Shown: positions 17,429 through 27,350 of the stretch, in pieces
Layout: each line of letters starts with the position of its first letter
Numbering within the stretch: position 1 is the first letter of the stretch
Virus record (IMG/VR): IMGVR_UViG_3300049924_000013
Coordinates: 1-40,469 of that record
DNA length: 40,469 bases
From: a virus
Taxonomy: Duplodnaviria; Caudoviricetes
Strand: one strand, 5' to 3'
Notes under the pieces: generated by a model
What the model was told of the DNA's origin: nothing
The model's input: only the letters and a program-made list of their open reading frames with translations
Databases searched by the model: none
Program-made: the position numbers and the translations under genes

Positions 17429-18603
17429 TGAACTTATTTGATATGACTCCAGAGGCTTTGCTGCAGCAACGTGCTGCAGCCCTTGATGCAGCCTCTCAGA
17501 ACTATGCCAAGCAAGATGCACAGTCTCGTGCTGATGCTGCTGGTTATCAGTTTGGTAATATAGCTGCTAGAGGGCTTGGCAGTGCTATGGGTGTTGAAGA
17601 CAAAGAGTTGCTAAAGGTAAGGGATATTCAAGGGATGATGAAGGGCATTGACCGTAATGATCCTGAACAACTGCTTGCCTTGTCTAAAGCACTTGGAACT
17701 AAAGGATACATGGCAGAAGGTGAGATGGCATGGCAGAAGGCACAGGAGATGAAGAAAGTAGCTGCTGAACTGGCGGCTAAAGGAGCTACGGCGGCAAAAG
17801 ACACTTCAATTGCTCAAAAGAACAAGGATGAATCAGCCGCAGCCGTAGCTAAGGCAGAGTCCCGTAAGAAGGCGTTGAAAGCCCTTAAAGTACCTGAAGA
17901 CCAGATTGAAGGAATAGCTTCATCCGACACAGCCTTCACTGACTACGTCAAACAAGCAGGCACTAAAGTTGTAACAGCTAATGGACGCGAGTTACTTATC
18001 AATGAACGAACAGGAGCTACTATTAAGGATTTAGGAGCTGCTCCGGATAGAGGAACACGAATCACCAACGTAATGGGCGGTGGTACTGCTAAACTGTCTG
18101 ATATTCTTCCTACACTTACTGCTGTACGAGCTGAACAAGGGGCCACAAAAGATTCGATTACACAATCATCTCAAGCCTTGCGGATGCTGGAATTGAATAA
18201 CCCTAAAGCAGATGCACAGGTTGATCGTGCCTTGGCAACATTGTCAGGAGATAAACAACTGTCTCAGTCTGAGGTAACTTCTGTTGCAACGGCAGGGTCA
18301 TTCCCGCAGCGGGTTGTGGATAATGTGTCTAAATTCTTTACAGGCCAGGCGGCTACTCTAAGCACTGAAGAAAAGAAAGAATTGCTTCAGCTTCTTAATA
18401 AAGCAGCAACCGCATCATATAACAAAAATAAAGCACGTTTGAAGACTGTTTTGTCCTCATCTGAGTTGTCAAAAGAACAAGTTGATGGTATACTCGGAGA
18501 TGATGTAACTGAATACGTTCCTAAAGGGACTCCAAAGGCTTCAAAGGCTGATGGTGACGGTTACAGAACAACTAAGAGTGGTGTAAAATATAAAGTGGAA
18601 TAA
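17428..18603 (+). CDS. Internal virion / ejection protein
   Basis: Helical A/K-rich protein, TAATG-coupled; position. Confidence 0.65.
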   Translation: MNLFDMTPEALLQQRAAALDAASQNYAKQDAQSRADAAGYQFGNIAARGLGSAMGVEDKELLKVRDIQGMMKGIDRNDPEQLLALSKALGTKGYMAEGEMAWQKAQEMKKVAAELAAKGATAAKDTSIAQKNKDESAAAVAKAESRKKALKALKVPEDQIEGIASSDTAFTDYVKQAGTKVVTANGRELLINERTGATIKDLGAAPDRGTRITNVMGGGTAKLSDILPTLTAVRAEQGATKDSITQSSQALRMLELNNPKADAQVDRALATLSGDKQLSQSEVTSVATAGSFPQRVVDNVSKFFTGQAATLSTEEKKELLQLLNKAATASYNKNKARLKTVLSSSELSKEQVDGILGDDVTEYVPKGTPKASKADGDGYRTTKSGVKYKVE

Positions 18604-18605
18604 TA

Positions 18606-21170
18606 ATGCCAACCTATACTATCAACGGTAAGAAAGTAACAACTGAGCAAGCATTAACTGAAGATCAGATTGATGAAATTGCTTCTGAGATAGGTACGTC
18701 AAAACGTAGTTTGGTAGAAGAGGCCGTTATTGGAGCTAAGAAAGGTATTAGCAACGCACCTTCAGCCCTTACAGCAGGATCTGCAGCCGCTACCGGAACC
18801 TTTGCAGGGGCTTTCCCTCAGATTGATGAACTAGAAGGGGTTACCTCTGATGTAGTGCGTAAGAAACTGGTAGGAGATACCCCTGAAGCAGCTTCAACCG
18901 CAGGACGGTACACACAAGCAACAGCAGAGGCTGTCTTTGACCCTCTGAGCTACTTTGGCTTAACAGGTGGCCCTATGATGAAAGCCACGCAAGCAGGGTT
19001 AACAGGTGCAGGAGCCACTGCAGGAGGCGATCTAGGCGCTGCTACTCAGAAAGCCATTACAGGCGAAGAGGGTATTATTGGGCGCATCTTTGGTAGTTTA
19101 GTCGGGGGAACCACAGCGGCTAGGGCTTCACAGGCTGTGGGCGCAGGTGGCTCTACTGTTGTAGGTACAGGTAAACAGCTTCTTGACAAACGTAAGGCTA
19201 TCGTAGAAGGCGCAGGGGCAGCGGAGACTGAGATAGCTCAAGGGTCTGCTAAACGGCTCTTAGAAGCCGCCGCAAAGTCACAAGGTGCTGATAATATTGA
19301 AGCGTTACTTGATGATGTACAAAAGGCTTCACAATATGTGACTAAGGCTGATGCTCCTTTACTGGTAGGGGCTGTTGATAATCCTGTGTTACGCGCAGAA
19401 GCTATTAAGTTGGCTAAGAGTAATCCTGCCTACCGTCAGAAACTTGATGAAGAGTTAAAGCGGATTGCAGCAGCTATTGATGCTAAAAAGGAATCTGTAT
19501 TTGGTACTCGGTATACGTTGATCCCTGCTTCTCAAAGCATTGTTGTTGAGAATGCAGCAAAGCGCATCAGGGCTATTGATAACCAGATTGAACAACGAGC
19601 TAACGCCATTACAAAGACAGCAGGAAAGACTGACACAGGCGTTGCTGTAGAGAACCTAATAGAGGCTAAGAAGAACGCTGTTAAGGCTGAATTGAGTCCC
19701 CGTTATCAAGCCTTAGCGGATCAAGCTCGTGATGAAAAGATTGTGATGCCTCCAGAGGCTACAAAAGAGTTGTTTGATTTTGTTGAAGCCAACAACATTA
19801 TGGACATCTTTGGGCGAAATAGTAAAGCAGAGCGCGATATTATGCGTCTGTTGAAACCTGTTGACAAAGCGGTAGATAATGTAGACCCTAACATAGCTGC
19901 CCTGGAACGGGCTGCTGGCATTGCGCCATCCACTACTCGTGAGTTTGGTCAAATGACGTTTGACAATGTTGATAGTTTGAAAAAGGCTATTAACACACAG
20001 CTTAGGTCAACTAAAGATGCTGCACAAGTGCAGAAGCTACAGCAGCTAAAAGAGCATTTGAATACGGTTAGAGAGACTCATTTAAAACCTGAGTTTAACA
20101 CAGCCTTGAAAGAGCTAGACGGGCTTTATTATGAGAAACTTGGTGTTCCTTTCTCAGCACAAGGTGTTAAGGACATTGATGCTAAGAAGTATGCCTCGCA
20201 AGTTGCCCCTGTCATTCTGAAGAATAAACAGGCTTATACTGACTTCATTGCTGTTGCGGGGGATAAAGGTAAGCAGATAGCCTCTGATGCGCTACTGTCT
20301 AAAGCCTACGATGACATAATCAAAGACGGTGTTGTCAGTCCTAAAGCTGTGTCTACCTTCCTTAAAAAGAATGAAGAGATTCTGGAGCAACTCCCTGACG
20401 TTAAAAAGACACTGCAGGAAGCTGCTTTTGACACTACAAAGCTCATGCAACGCAAGGTTAAACTTGAAAAGGCTTATGAATTAGCACAGAAGCGTGTAGC
20501 AGATAACTGGATTACTAAAACAGAATATCCAGACTATGCTGCTATTACGACTCAGTTTCTGAATAGCGGGCAGTCTCGTGCTAAGATAATGAAGGACATT
20601 AAAGACTTGGCCCCTGAGACTGCTGATGCGGTTAGGCAGAATATCCGGTCTGAGGTTGTTAATAGAGCATTAGCCAATCCTAGTGGCGCTATCGCCTTCT
20701 TAGAGAATCCTGCAAATAAAGCAGCTATTGACGCTGCTATGGGTACAGGTTATCAAGAGGCTTTGCGTAAGATTGGTAAGTTGTCAGATAATCTTAAGAA
20801 AGCTGATATTAGTAAGCTAAGTATTGAGATGGATAGAAGCTCAGTCGATGCTCTCGGTAAGATAGTCCCTGGGTTGGACATTCCGTATGTTACATCAACA
20901 CTGCGTGACCGTATCTCATCTAACGTACAAAAGGCTGTAAGGCTTATTAGTCGAGTTAATACGACACAGCTTGATAAAGCATATCAGGAACAGGTGCTTA
21001 AACTGCTGACTGACCCTAATGGTGTTAAAAACCTTGCTAATGTTGCTACGGATCTTGACTTCAGCATTAAAACACCTGAACAGGCTAAGAAGTTCCTAAA
21101 AGGGATGATAACTAGTTTACCGGCTACTGCATATACCTCACTTCAAACAGGCAATGAACCGGCTGAATAA
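18606..21170 (+). CDS. Large internal virion / ejection protein
   Basis: 854 aa helical protein with a G/A-rich membrane-interacting segment near the N-terminus; position. Confidence 0.7.
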   Translation: MPTYTINGKKVTTEQALTEDQIDEIASEIGTSKRSLVEEAVIGAKKGISNAPSALTAGSAAATGTFAGAFPQIDELEGVTSDVVRKKLVGDTPEAASTAGRYTQATAEAVFDPLSYFGLTGGPMMKATQAGLTGAGATAGGDLGAATQKAITGEEGIIGRIFGSLVGGTTAARASQAVGAGGSTVVGTGKQLLDKRKAIVEGAGAAETEIAQGSAKRLLEAAAKSQGADNIEALLDDVQKASQYVTKADAPLLVGAVDNPVLRAEAIKLAKSNPAYRQKLDEELKRIAAAIDAKKESVFGTRYTLIPASQSIVVENAAKRIRAIDNQIEQRANAITKTAGKTDTGVAVENLIEAKKNAVKAELSPRYQALADQARDEKIVMPPEATKELFDFVEANNIMDIFGRNSKAERDIMRLLKPVDKAVDNVDPNIAALERAAGIAPSTTREFGQMTFDNVDSLKKAINTQLRSTKDAAQVQKLQQLKEHLNTVRETHLKPEFNTALKELDGLYYEKLGVPFSAQGVKDIDAKKYASQVAPVILKNKQAYTDFIAVAGDKGKQIASDALLSKAYDDIIKDGVVSPKAVSTFLKKNEEILEQLPDVKKTLQEAAFDTTKLMQRKVKLEKAYELAQKRVADNWITKTEYPDYAAITTQFLNSGQSRAKIMKDIKDLAPETADAVRQNIRSEVVNRALANPSGAIAFLENPANKAAIDAAMGTGYQEALRKIGKLSDNLKKADISKLSIEMDRSSVDALGKIVPGLDIPYVTSTLRDRISSNVQKAVRLISRVNTTQLDKAYQEQVLKLLTDPNGVKNLANVATDLDFSIKTPEQAKKFLKGMITSLPATAYTSLQTGNEPAE

Positions 21171-21717
21171 CTATACAGCCCTTATCATCTTCCTACTCCC
21201 GACAACCTTAATAGACCTACCCAAACCTCCTATGAACTTTGAAGCCTCATTCAACAACTTAATGGTACACGAGGGTGGTTATAGTAATGTCAAGGCCGAC
21301 CCAGGCGGTGAGACTATGCTTGGGATTACGAAGTCTGTGGCGGCTGAACATGGCTATACTGGTGAAATGGCTAAGTTGCCTGTAGAGGTGGCTAAATCAA
21401 TATATAAGTCATCGTATTGGGATAAGGTGAAGGCTGATAGGCTTCCAGAGCCTCTTAAGTTCCATGTGTTTGATGCTGCTGTGAATAGCGGTACGACACA
21501 GGCTATTAAGTGGCTGCAACGCTCTGTAGGTGTCAAGGACGATGGTGTCTTTGGTGACCAGACACTAGCGGCTGTGCTGTCTGTAAACCCTCAACAACTG
21601 GCTGCAAAGTTCAATGGTGAGCGATTGGAATTTATGACCAGATTGAAGACATGGCCTGTCTTTGGTGCTGGATGGGCTAGACGCATTGCAACGAACATTA
21701 AGATGGTGGAGGTCTAG
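21154..21717 (+). CDS. Endolysin, glycoside hydrolase family 108 with PG-binding C-terminus
   Basis: HEGGY...DPGGET..GIT, FDAAVNSG, DG.FG..T, F..GW..R motifs; alternative start ATG 21232. Confidence 0.92.
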   Translation: MNRLNNYTALIIFLLPTTLIDLPKPPMNFEASFNNLMVHEGGYSNVKADPGGETMLGITKSVAAEHGYTGEMAKLPVEVAKSIYKSSYWDKVKADRLPEPLKFHVFDAAVNSGTTQAIKWLQRSVGVKDDGVFGDQTLAAVLSVNPQQLAAKFNGERLEFMTRLKTWPVFGAGWARRIATNIKMVEV

Positions 21718-21718
21718 A

Positions 21719-22129
21719 ATGGTTTTAGAGTCAATACTCGCAGTAGGCGGGAAGTTAATAGATAAACTTATCCCTGACCCTGCACAGAAGGCAGAGGCGC
21801 AGCTAAAGCTGGCTGAATTGGCTCAGAACGGTGAGTTGGCTGTGATGGCTAACGAGTCTAAGCTGTATGAGGTAGAGCAGGTTAATGTGACAAAGAGGCA
21901 AGAGGCTGATATGGCCTCAGATAGCTGGTTGTCTAAGAATATCAGACCAATGACCCTTGTGGCTATATTCACAGGATACTTCACCTTTGGTATTATGGAC
22001 GCTAATGGCGCTACCGTGAATTCCTCTTATGTCACACTACTAGGTCAATGGGGTATGTTGGTTATGTCCTTCTATTTCGGTGGACGTAGTCTGGAGAAGA
22101 TTATGGAGATGGTGTACAAGCCTAAATAA
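21719..22129 (+). CDS. Holin (GTA-type 3TM family)
   Basis: LIDKLIPDP..KAEAQL...SWLSKNIRP...FYFGGRS.EK; GGAGG RBS before ATG 21719. Confidence 0.85.
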   Translation: MVLESILAVGGKLIDKLIPDPAQKAEAQLKLAELAQNGELAVMANESKLYEVEQVNVTKRQEADMASDSWLSKNIRPMTLVAIFTGYFTFGIMDANGATVNSSYVTLLGQWGMLVMSFYFGGRSLEKIMEMVYKPK

Positions 22130-22134
22130 TCTAC

Positions 22135-22184
22135 GACAACTAAAAAGCCTACACAGTTTAGTCGCTGTGTAGGCTTTGTTGTTT
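22135..22184. terminator. Bidirectional rho-independent terminator between the two arms
   Basis: AAAGCCTACACAG-TTTAGTCG-CTGTGTAGGCTTT with an A-tract on the left and T-rich tail on the right, between convergent genes. Confidence 0.9.
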
Positions 22185-22331
22185 CTAGTCTATCTTAGCT
22201 AGTTTGGCTATGTAGTCCATCAGGAGCTTATTAACCCCAACCTCAATAAGCAGCTTACGCTCCTCATCTGACATTTCCAAGATGACAGTGGCACTACCAT
22301 CTTCATGCTCCTTTAGTTCTTCGACTTTCAT
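22185..22331 (-). CDS. Small hypothetical protein (48 aa, not in ORF track)
   Basis: Manually translated MKVEELKEHEDGSATVILEMSDEER...; ATGA overlap with the upstream gene. Confidence 0.65.
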   Translation of the reverse strand: MKVEELKEHEDGSATVILEMSDEERKLLIEVGVNKLLMDYIAKLAKID

Positions 22332-22492
22332 GTCAGTATCATCGCTATGGTTATAACACCTAAATGGAGGTAGATAACCTTATTAGCTTGCTCCTCAAAG
22401 TTTGGTGTATCCTCCTCATTCTCAACCACGTAGACGGTATCGACATTCAAGCCAAACACCAACCCTGCATTGAATTCAATATCAAACACCAC
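22328..22492 (-). CDS. Small hypothetical protein
   Basis: GTG start after AGGAGG, overlapping the RNR stop. Confidence 0.6.
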   Translation of the reverse strand: MVFDIEFNAGLVFGLNVDTVYVVENEEDTPNFEEQANKVIYLHLGVITIAMILT

Positions 22493-24122
22493 AGGAGCCT
22501 CCTTTTCCGCTAATGTCACAGATGTCCAGCTCTTCATAGACAACGTCTTTGTGCTTCAAAGCCTCTTCATAAGGCACTGCAGTCAGAGGCTGACCGCCAC
22601 GGCTACCATCAGGATAACAAGTGAATCCACGCAGACGAGGAGCATACTTAGCCAATGTCGCTGTAAAGGCCTCTACCGTCCCTTCATTGTTATTCTTGCT
22701 TCCCCATGCAGGCAGGTTAATGGTTGACGAGATGGACATATCTACGTAGTCCTGAATGTCAGCCTGAAACTTTATGCGTTGCTCGTATCGGTCTGCGAGG
22801 TCGAGGGCAGATTCAATTGCGTCTGGCTTGACTCCGTATTCGTTGATGAGAAGGTCGGCTGTTCCGTCAACAACATATTGATACTTCCATTTTGTACCCT
22901 CAGTGAGAAAGCGGCGTTTATAAGCAACTGCAAAGAGAGGCTCAATTCCAGTAGTCGTACCAGCAAGAATCCCGATACTTCCTGTGGGGGCAATTGCTCG
23001 ATATGCCGCTGGACGGCTAATAAAGAATCGGTCACAATGTTCATCTGCTGCTCGTTTTGACTCATCACGGTATACTCCTAACCATTTATGCAATTCAGGT
23101 GTTACTTCATATTTGTAGCCTTTCTTCAGCAGCCACTCGTGGATGCCCATAAGACCCAAACCTAGACGGCGGTTCTTCTCACGAACCTTGTAGATTTTCT
23201 CGTAAGGCAGATCAGCCCGCAGGGTTCCGCACACAAGGAACTTGCTACCCAACTCTACAACGGCTTTAAACTCCTCCAGAGAGGTGATATTACCCATGTT
23301 GATAGAGCCGAGGTTACAGACATCACTGTCATCTTCTGAGGTCACTTCAGTGCAGGCATTACGCAGGGTTTCATTCTGTTTAGCCCCAAAGTTGAATGAG
23401 AAACCAGGCTCTGCAGTCTCCATAGCCTGACGCACATTCTGCTTGAATACTTCATTGTTTTCCAAGCCACCCAACAACGATTCATCATCATAATTGACAC
23501 TGATGTTGGTCATGTCAAGAGGCGCAGAGGCATTGAAGTCTTTGAGCTTCATAGCTTTGATGTCTTCATTCCAGTTCTTCACTGTCAAGAACTTCTGGAT
23601 GTCATCATGTTTCCAGTTGAGGGATGCATAGATGGCAGAGCGGCGGCTTCCGCCCTGCATCACATTACGTCCAATTTCATTGATTGCTGACATCAGGGGG
23701 ATTGGGCCTGAAGCAGTTCCTCCAGTGCGGCTAAGAGCTTTACCGGCAGGGCGAAGACGGGAGTAGTCAATACCGATACCTCCTCCCGTCATCAAACAAG
23801 ACATTGCCCGCCATGTAACATTGCTCCACTCCTCACGGGTATCCTCTTCAGCACGAAGCAGGAAGCAGTTGTTATAGGCTTTGAAGGGACGGCCTGCATA
23901 GTACAGGTAGCGACCTCCTGGAATAAACTTCATGTCTTTGATGTATTGTGTCAGCTGCTTACGGTCTGCATCAGACATAAGGATAGGCAGCTCACCGTTA
24001 CGGCTACCGCAAACGTCTTCAACCAACCGCTCAGACAGTTTAGCCCATGTATCTCCTGGCCCCTGTGCATATTTAAAGCGGAATACATTCTCTGCAAAGC
24101 TATTACGGAATTCTTTAGTCAA
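22482..24122 (-). CDS. nrdJ: Ribonucleotide reductase class II (adenosylcobalamin-dependent)
   Basis: PGGR, NNCF, GGSRRSA, NACTE, CNLGSIN, APTG motifs; C-terminal Cys pair; no beta subunit gene in the genome. TTG start after GGAG. Confidence 0.88.
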   Translation of the reverse strand: MTKEFRNSFAENVFRFKYAQGPGDTWAKLSERLVEDVCGSRNGELPILMSDADRKQLTQYIKDMKFIPGGRYLYYAGRPFKAYNNCFLLRAEEDTREEWSNVTWRAMSCLMTGGGIGIDYSRLRPAGKALSRTGGTASGPIPLMSAINEIGRNVMQGGSRRSAIYASLNWKHDDIQKFLTVKNWNEDIKAMKLKDFNASAPLDMTNISVNYDDESLLGGLENNEVFKQNVRQAMETAEPGFSFNFGAKQNETLRNACTEVTSEDDSDVCNLGSINMGNITSLEEFKAVVELGSKFLVCGTLRADLPYEKIYKVREKNRRLGLGLMGIHEWLLKKGYKYEVTPELHKWLGVYRDESKRAADEHCDRFFISRPAAYRAIAPTGSIGILAGTTTGIEPLFAVAYKRRFLTEGTKWKYQYVVDGTADLLINEYGVKPDAIESALDLADRYEQRIKFQADIQDYVDMSISSTINLPAWGSKNNNEGTVEAFTATLAKYAPRLRGFTCYPDGSRGGQPLTAVPYEEALKHKDVVYEELDICDISGKGGSCGV

Positions 24123-24270
24123 CTTGATTCTCCAATTGTTCAAACTTATCTTCAATGATGTCTTCAAAGGCTTCTACGATTTGATCTGAGGTGACACCTA
24201 GCATATCAATCAACTCAGTCTCCTCAATACTAGCCAGCTTCTCTTTAAGCTCCAGTAGGGTGCTTGTCAT
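24115..24270 (-). CDS. Small acidic hypothetical protein (51 aa, not in ORF track)
   Basis: MTSTLLELKEKLASIEETELIDMLGVTSDQIVEAFED...; ATGA coupling. Confidence 0.65.
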   Translation of the reverse strand: MTSTLLELKEKLASIEETELIDMLGVTSDQIVEAFEDIIEDKFEQLENQVD

Positions 24271-24605
24271 ACAGCATCAATCATCTTATTCAAATACCAC
24301 TGTGCTTTCTTCATGTCCTCCTTACCATTCTTTAGAGCTTCGCGGCTCAGGTACTTGAAGACATTACCTTTACAGAATCCGATAAACTCCTCTTTGGACA
24401 GTTTAGCCTTGAGGTAGTCAATGGTTTCAATACCTCCTTGAGTGTAGTGGGAAGGGTTGTTTACCTTATCATCTGGAAGTTTATTCTGGATAGAGGCAAT
24501 GTAGTTCATCACCATCTTCTCCTCCTCTGTTGGTGTGTATTGAGGTACGCAGTCTTTGTTATCCCACCAATGTTTCATATTATCCTCAAGCGGTTTGTGT
24601 TGCAT
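24267..24605 (-). CDS. DUF3310 / T7 gp1.7-like nucleotide kinase domain protein
   Basis: D.VN.PSHY..GGIETID...FCKGNVFKYL.R...KNG.ED..KA.WYL. Confidence 0.85.
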   Translation of the reverse strand: MQHKPLEDNMKHWWDNKDCVPQYTPTEEEKMVMNYIASIQNKLPDDKVNNPSHYTQGGIETIDYLKAKLSKEEFIGFCKGNVFKYLSREALKNGKEDMKKAQWYLNKMIDAV

Positions 24606-25359
24606 ATTTCTTCTCCAAGTATTCAATTGATAAAAACATTTCATCAAAGTGCCCATCATTAACCTCATTCAAAACTACTAGGCCTCGCCAATGACGGTTG
24701 CTGAGTTGATCCATGTAGGATTCATCGTGAAGGTAATAACTACCTGCTATTATAGCACAGATTGGCTGCCCGTCAGCCCTTTTTCCATAAGCTACCGATT
24801 TCCCTTGTTGGTGTCCTGCAACACATGACATATGCAGCTTAGAAATAATAGCAGCAGGAGTAGCAGCAGGGCGACCCATAGCTCCAACAGGCCAGTAATG
24901 GTTAAAACCGACACCACCAATAAACACTGGATGAAGGAACTGATGTACTTCCCAATCTTTGGCATACTGTAGGTCAGCAGTGCTAATAAGTCCTTCAAGT
25001 GTAGGGTTATTGTTGATAGCGCGGTCAATGCGGTTCTCGTGATTCCCCAAACAAAAAACCATACGGGGTTTATATGCCTTCTCCTTGTTACGTTTTAGCC
25101 TGTCTTGTTCATCTTTGAGTGGTTTAAGTAGCTTTGCCATGCCCTCTTTAGCCACTTCAATGTCTTTCTTGTAGCGTAGTCCTTCAAAGTATTTAGACCC
25201 CACTTTATCGTGAGTAGAAAGGCTAGGCATATCAGCAAAGTCACCGATATTAACCACCACATCAGGCTTATAATCCACAATAGCCTTTCCAGCCCACTCC
25301 AGATGTTCAAGAGAAACTCCTTCTTTGACTTGACAGTCAGGGATGATTAAGATCTTCAT
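24586..25359 (-). CDS. Calcineurin-like metallophosphoesterase
   Basis: IPDCQ, GDFAD, GNHE and GH motifs. Confidence 0.88.
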   Translation of the reverse strand: MKILIIPDCQVKEGVSLEHLEWAGKAIVDYKPDVVVNIGDFADMPSLSTHDKVGSKYFEGLRYKKDIEVAKEGMAKLLKPLKDEQDRLKRNKEKAYKPRMVFCLGNHENRIDRAINNNPTLEGLISTADLQYAKDWEVHQFLHPVFIGGVGFNHYWPVGAMGRPAATPAAIISKLHMSCVAGHQQGKSVAYGKRADGQPICAIIAGSYYLHDESYMDQLSNRHWRGLVVLNEVNDGHFDEMFLSIEYLEKKYATQTA

Positions 25360-25580
25360 ATTCTATTTCCTGGAACAGCGTAGAAATTGTAGGTTGTTTT
25401 AAGACCCTTAATAAGTTTATTAACCTGCTTTATATCCTCTTTAACATCTGTGGAATACATAACAGACTGTAAACTGCCGTGTTCACGCATATCAATGTAG
25501 TCCAGCAAGTCATCTATTTGCTTTCGTACTGAAGCGGCTACAATAACCTCTACAGTGTCTTCATCTATATCTACCTTCAT
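25356..25580 (-). CDS. Hypothetical protein
   Basis: ATGA-coupled on both sides within the operon. Confidence 0.65.
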   Translation of the reverse strand: MKVDIDEDTVEVIVAASVRKQIDDLLDYIDMREHGSLQSVMYSTDVKEDIKQVNKLIKGLKTTYNFYAVPGNRI

Positions 25581-25885
25581 CGCTCATCTCCACTTCCTTG
25601 AATAACACCACGCTCCATCCTACTCTTCAGCTTACTCAGATTTCCCTGAGCAATATCGTCCAGATCAATGTCATAATAGTCTGCAATGGCTGCACAGAAC
25701 CACAACACATCACCAACCTCCTTCAGGATCAGGTCTGTTTTGTTAACATTGTCCCTGACCTGTTTGGCATAGTGTCCAGCAAGCTCTCCAGCTTCAGCAC
25801 ACATACCAGTGATGAGGTAGCTAATGCTCTTAGCACTCTTAAGCTGGAACTGCAAAGCCTCTTGTTGATATTCATTTAAGTTCAT
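25577..25885 (-). CDS. MazG-like nucleoside triphosphate pyrophosphohydrolase
   Basis: G..AEAGEL...KEVGDVLW...N..KL..R..RG...GSGD.R. Confidence 0.9.
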   Translation of the reverse strand: MNLNEYQQEALQFQLKSAKSISYLITGMCAEAGELAGHYAKQVRDNVNKTDLILKEVGDVLWFCAAIADYYDIDLDDIAQGNLSKLKSRMERGVIQGSGDER

Positions 25886-26501
25886 AATACTCCATTACGT
25901 TAGGAAACTGTTTCATCATTATACCCTTAATACTGTTGGCTACATCCCTGTGTTCACGTTGTGTCTCTTTTCCGCAACGTATTTCAATGTAGTGCATCCA
26001 GCTGCGAAGGCTCCCTGTCATATACATCTTAGACTGTGTCATCCCTTCCGGTAACAGCGCCCTAGCAACCTCTTTAGCTACACCGTGGTTTAGGGCATCC
26101 TTGTAAGAGCGCATAGCCACTGCCAACACTTCATTCTGCATACTGTGCCACATATCATCCATGTCAGAATTGAGGCTAGGAAGACTATTCTGCCTATCTA
26201 CAGGGTCTTGCATCCTACATTCCCGAATAGCGAATCTGTCAGCCTCTGCATACCGCTGACTAAATTCCTGGAAGCTGAAGCTACGATGCCTGATTATCTG
26301 CCTTGCCACATCTCTGGTAGTGTTAATTTCAACACACATGGACACCATCTCAAACGGACTCCAATGCTTGTGGTCGATTAAATACTTCAGTAGCTTAGGG
26401 CTTGATTCACCTGCAATGGCTTTTGGGTTGGACACCCTAGCCATGTAAGTTAACAAACCTTCAGCGTCTGGAGTAACCCACACTAAATCTACATCATTCA
26501 C
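25872..26501 (-). CDS. thyX: Flavin-dependent thymidylate synthase
   Basis: RHRSFSFQEFSQRY signature; HWSPFE, EVAR.LLP, TQ.EHR. Confidence 0.96.
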   Translation of the reverse strand: MNDVDLVWVTPDAEGLLTYMARVSNPKAIAGESSPKLLKYLIDHKHWSPFEMVSMCVEINTTRDVARQIIRHRSFSFQEFSQRYAEADRFAIRECRMQDPVDRQNSLPSLNSDMDDMWHSMQNEVLAVAMRSYKDALNHGVAKEVARALLPEGMTQSKMYMTGSLRSWMHYIEIRCGKETQREHRDVANSIKGIMMKQFPNVMEYYELK

Positions 26502-26554
26502 AATATACTCCTTACTATATAGCCTATCGCGTTAAGCTATATTATTGTTTAGCC

Positions 26555-26995
26555 TTACGTAGTATAGCTATCTAAATAATCTGCCGCCTTTCTGAGGAGT
26601 TCAGAGCTATCCCTTAAAAGCCCCATTCCTCTATTACACTCATTACACAACAAGCCTCTTACTTTGTTTGTAATATGACAGTGATCCACAGCAAAAACTT
26701 TCCATTTTCCAGTGGGCTTATCAGTCCCGCATATTTTACAGCAGCCTGATTGAGCCTTTAACATCATATCATAGTCTTCAGGCGTTAGACCATACATAAG
26801 TTTTAACTGAACTTTACGGCCTCGTTCACGTAATGATTCTTTAGTTTGTTTAGCCTTCCAGTTTGCTGTACTTTTCTTGTTCCTTTCAGGATGACGTATC
26901 CGGTATCTTTTACCTCTATTAAAAGAGGCCCATTCTTCATTAGAATACCCATAGAGCAGTCCTTCATTTTCTTTTATAACTTTTCCTTTTGGCAT
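26555..26995 (-). CDS. Endonuclease VII-family (homing-type) endonuclease
   Basis: YGLT..DY..M...Q...C.IC...VDHCH....VRGLLC..CN.G.G; start at ATG 26995 after GGAGG. Confidence 0.88.
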   Translation of the reverse strand: MPKGKVIKENEGLLYGYSNEEWASFNRGKRYRIRHPERNKKSTANWKAKQTKESLRERGRKVQLKLMYGLTPEDYDMMLKAQSGCCKICGTDKPTGKWKVFAVDHCHITNKVRGLLCNECNRGMGLLRDSSELLRKAADYLDSYTT

Positions 26996-27350
26996 TTTCC
27001 TCCTTAGTTTTTTCAGAGTGGCAGGATTTACATAAACACTGCAGATTATTAGTCTCACAGAACAATCTATCTATATAAGTATCCCAACTAATAAACCCTT
27101 CTTTACCTACAACTGGGTCTCGGTGGTCTACCTGTACATCAGCTAGAGGAAAGATTTCTGTACAATGGGCACAGAGATAGTGGTTAGCCATCTTACCTGT
27201 CTTAGCGTTGATATAACGGCCTTGGAGAGCATAACCCAGCACCTTGTACTTAGGAGGCCATCGTCGGGCTGCAGCGCGTAGGGAAGAGGTTATAAAGGCA
27301 TTGTACCTGCCCTCTGTCCACTCCCCGCCATTCCACTCCTTTCTTGTCAT
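26964..27350 (-). CDS. HNH endonuclease
   Basis: C..C...VQVDH..P...NLQ.LC..CH..KT. Confidence 0.88.
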   Translation of the reverse strand: MTRKEWNGGEWTEGRYNAFITSSLRAAARRWPPKYKVLGYALQGRYINAKTGKMANHYLCAHCTEIFPLADVQVDHRDPVVGKEGFISWDTYIDRLFCETNNLQCLCKSCHSEKTKEENAKRKSYKRK

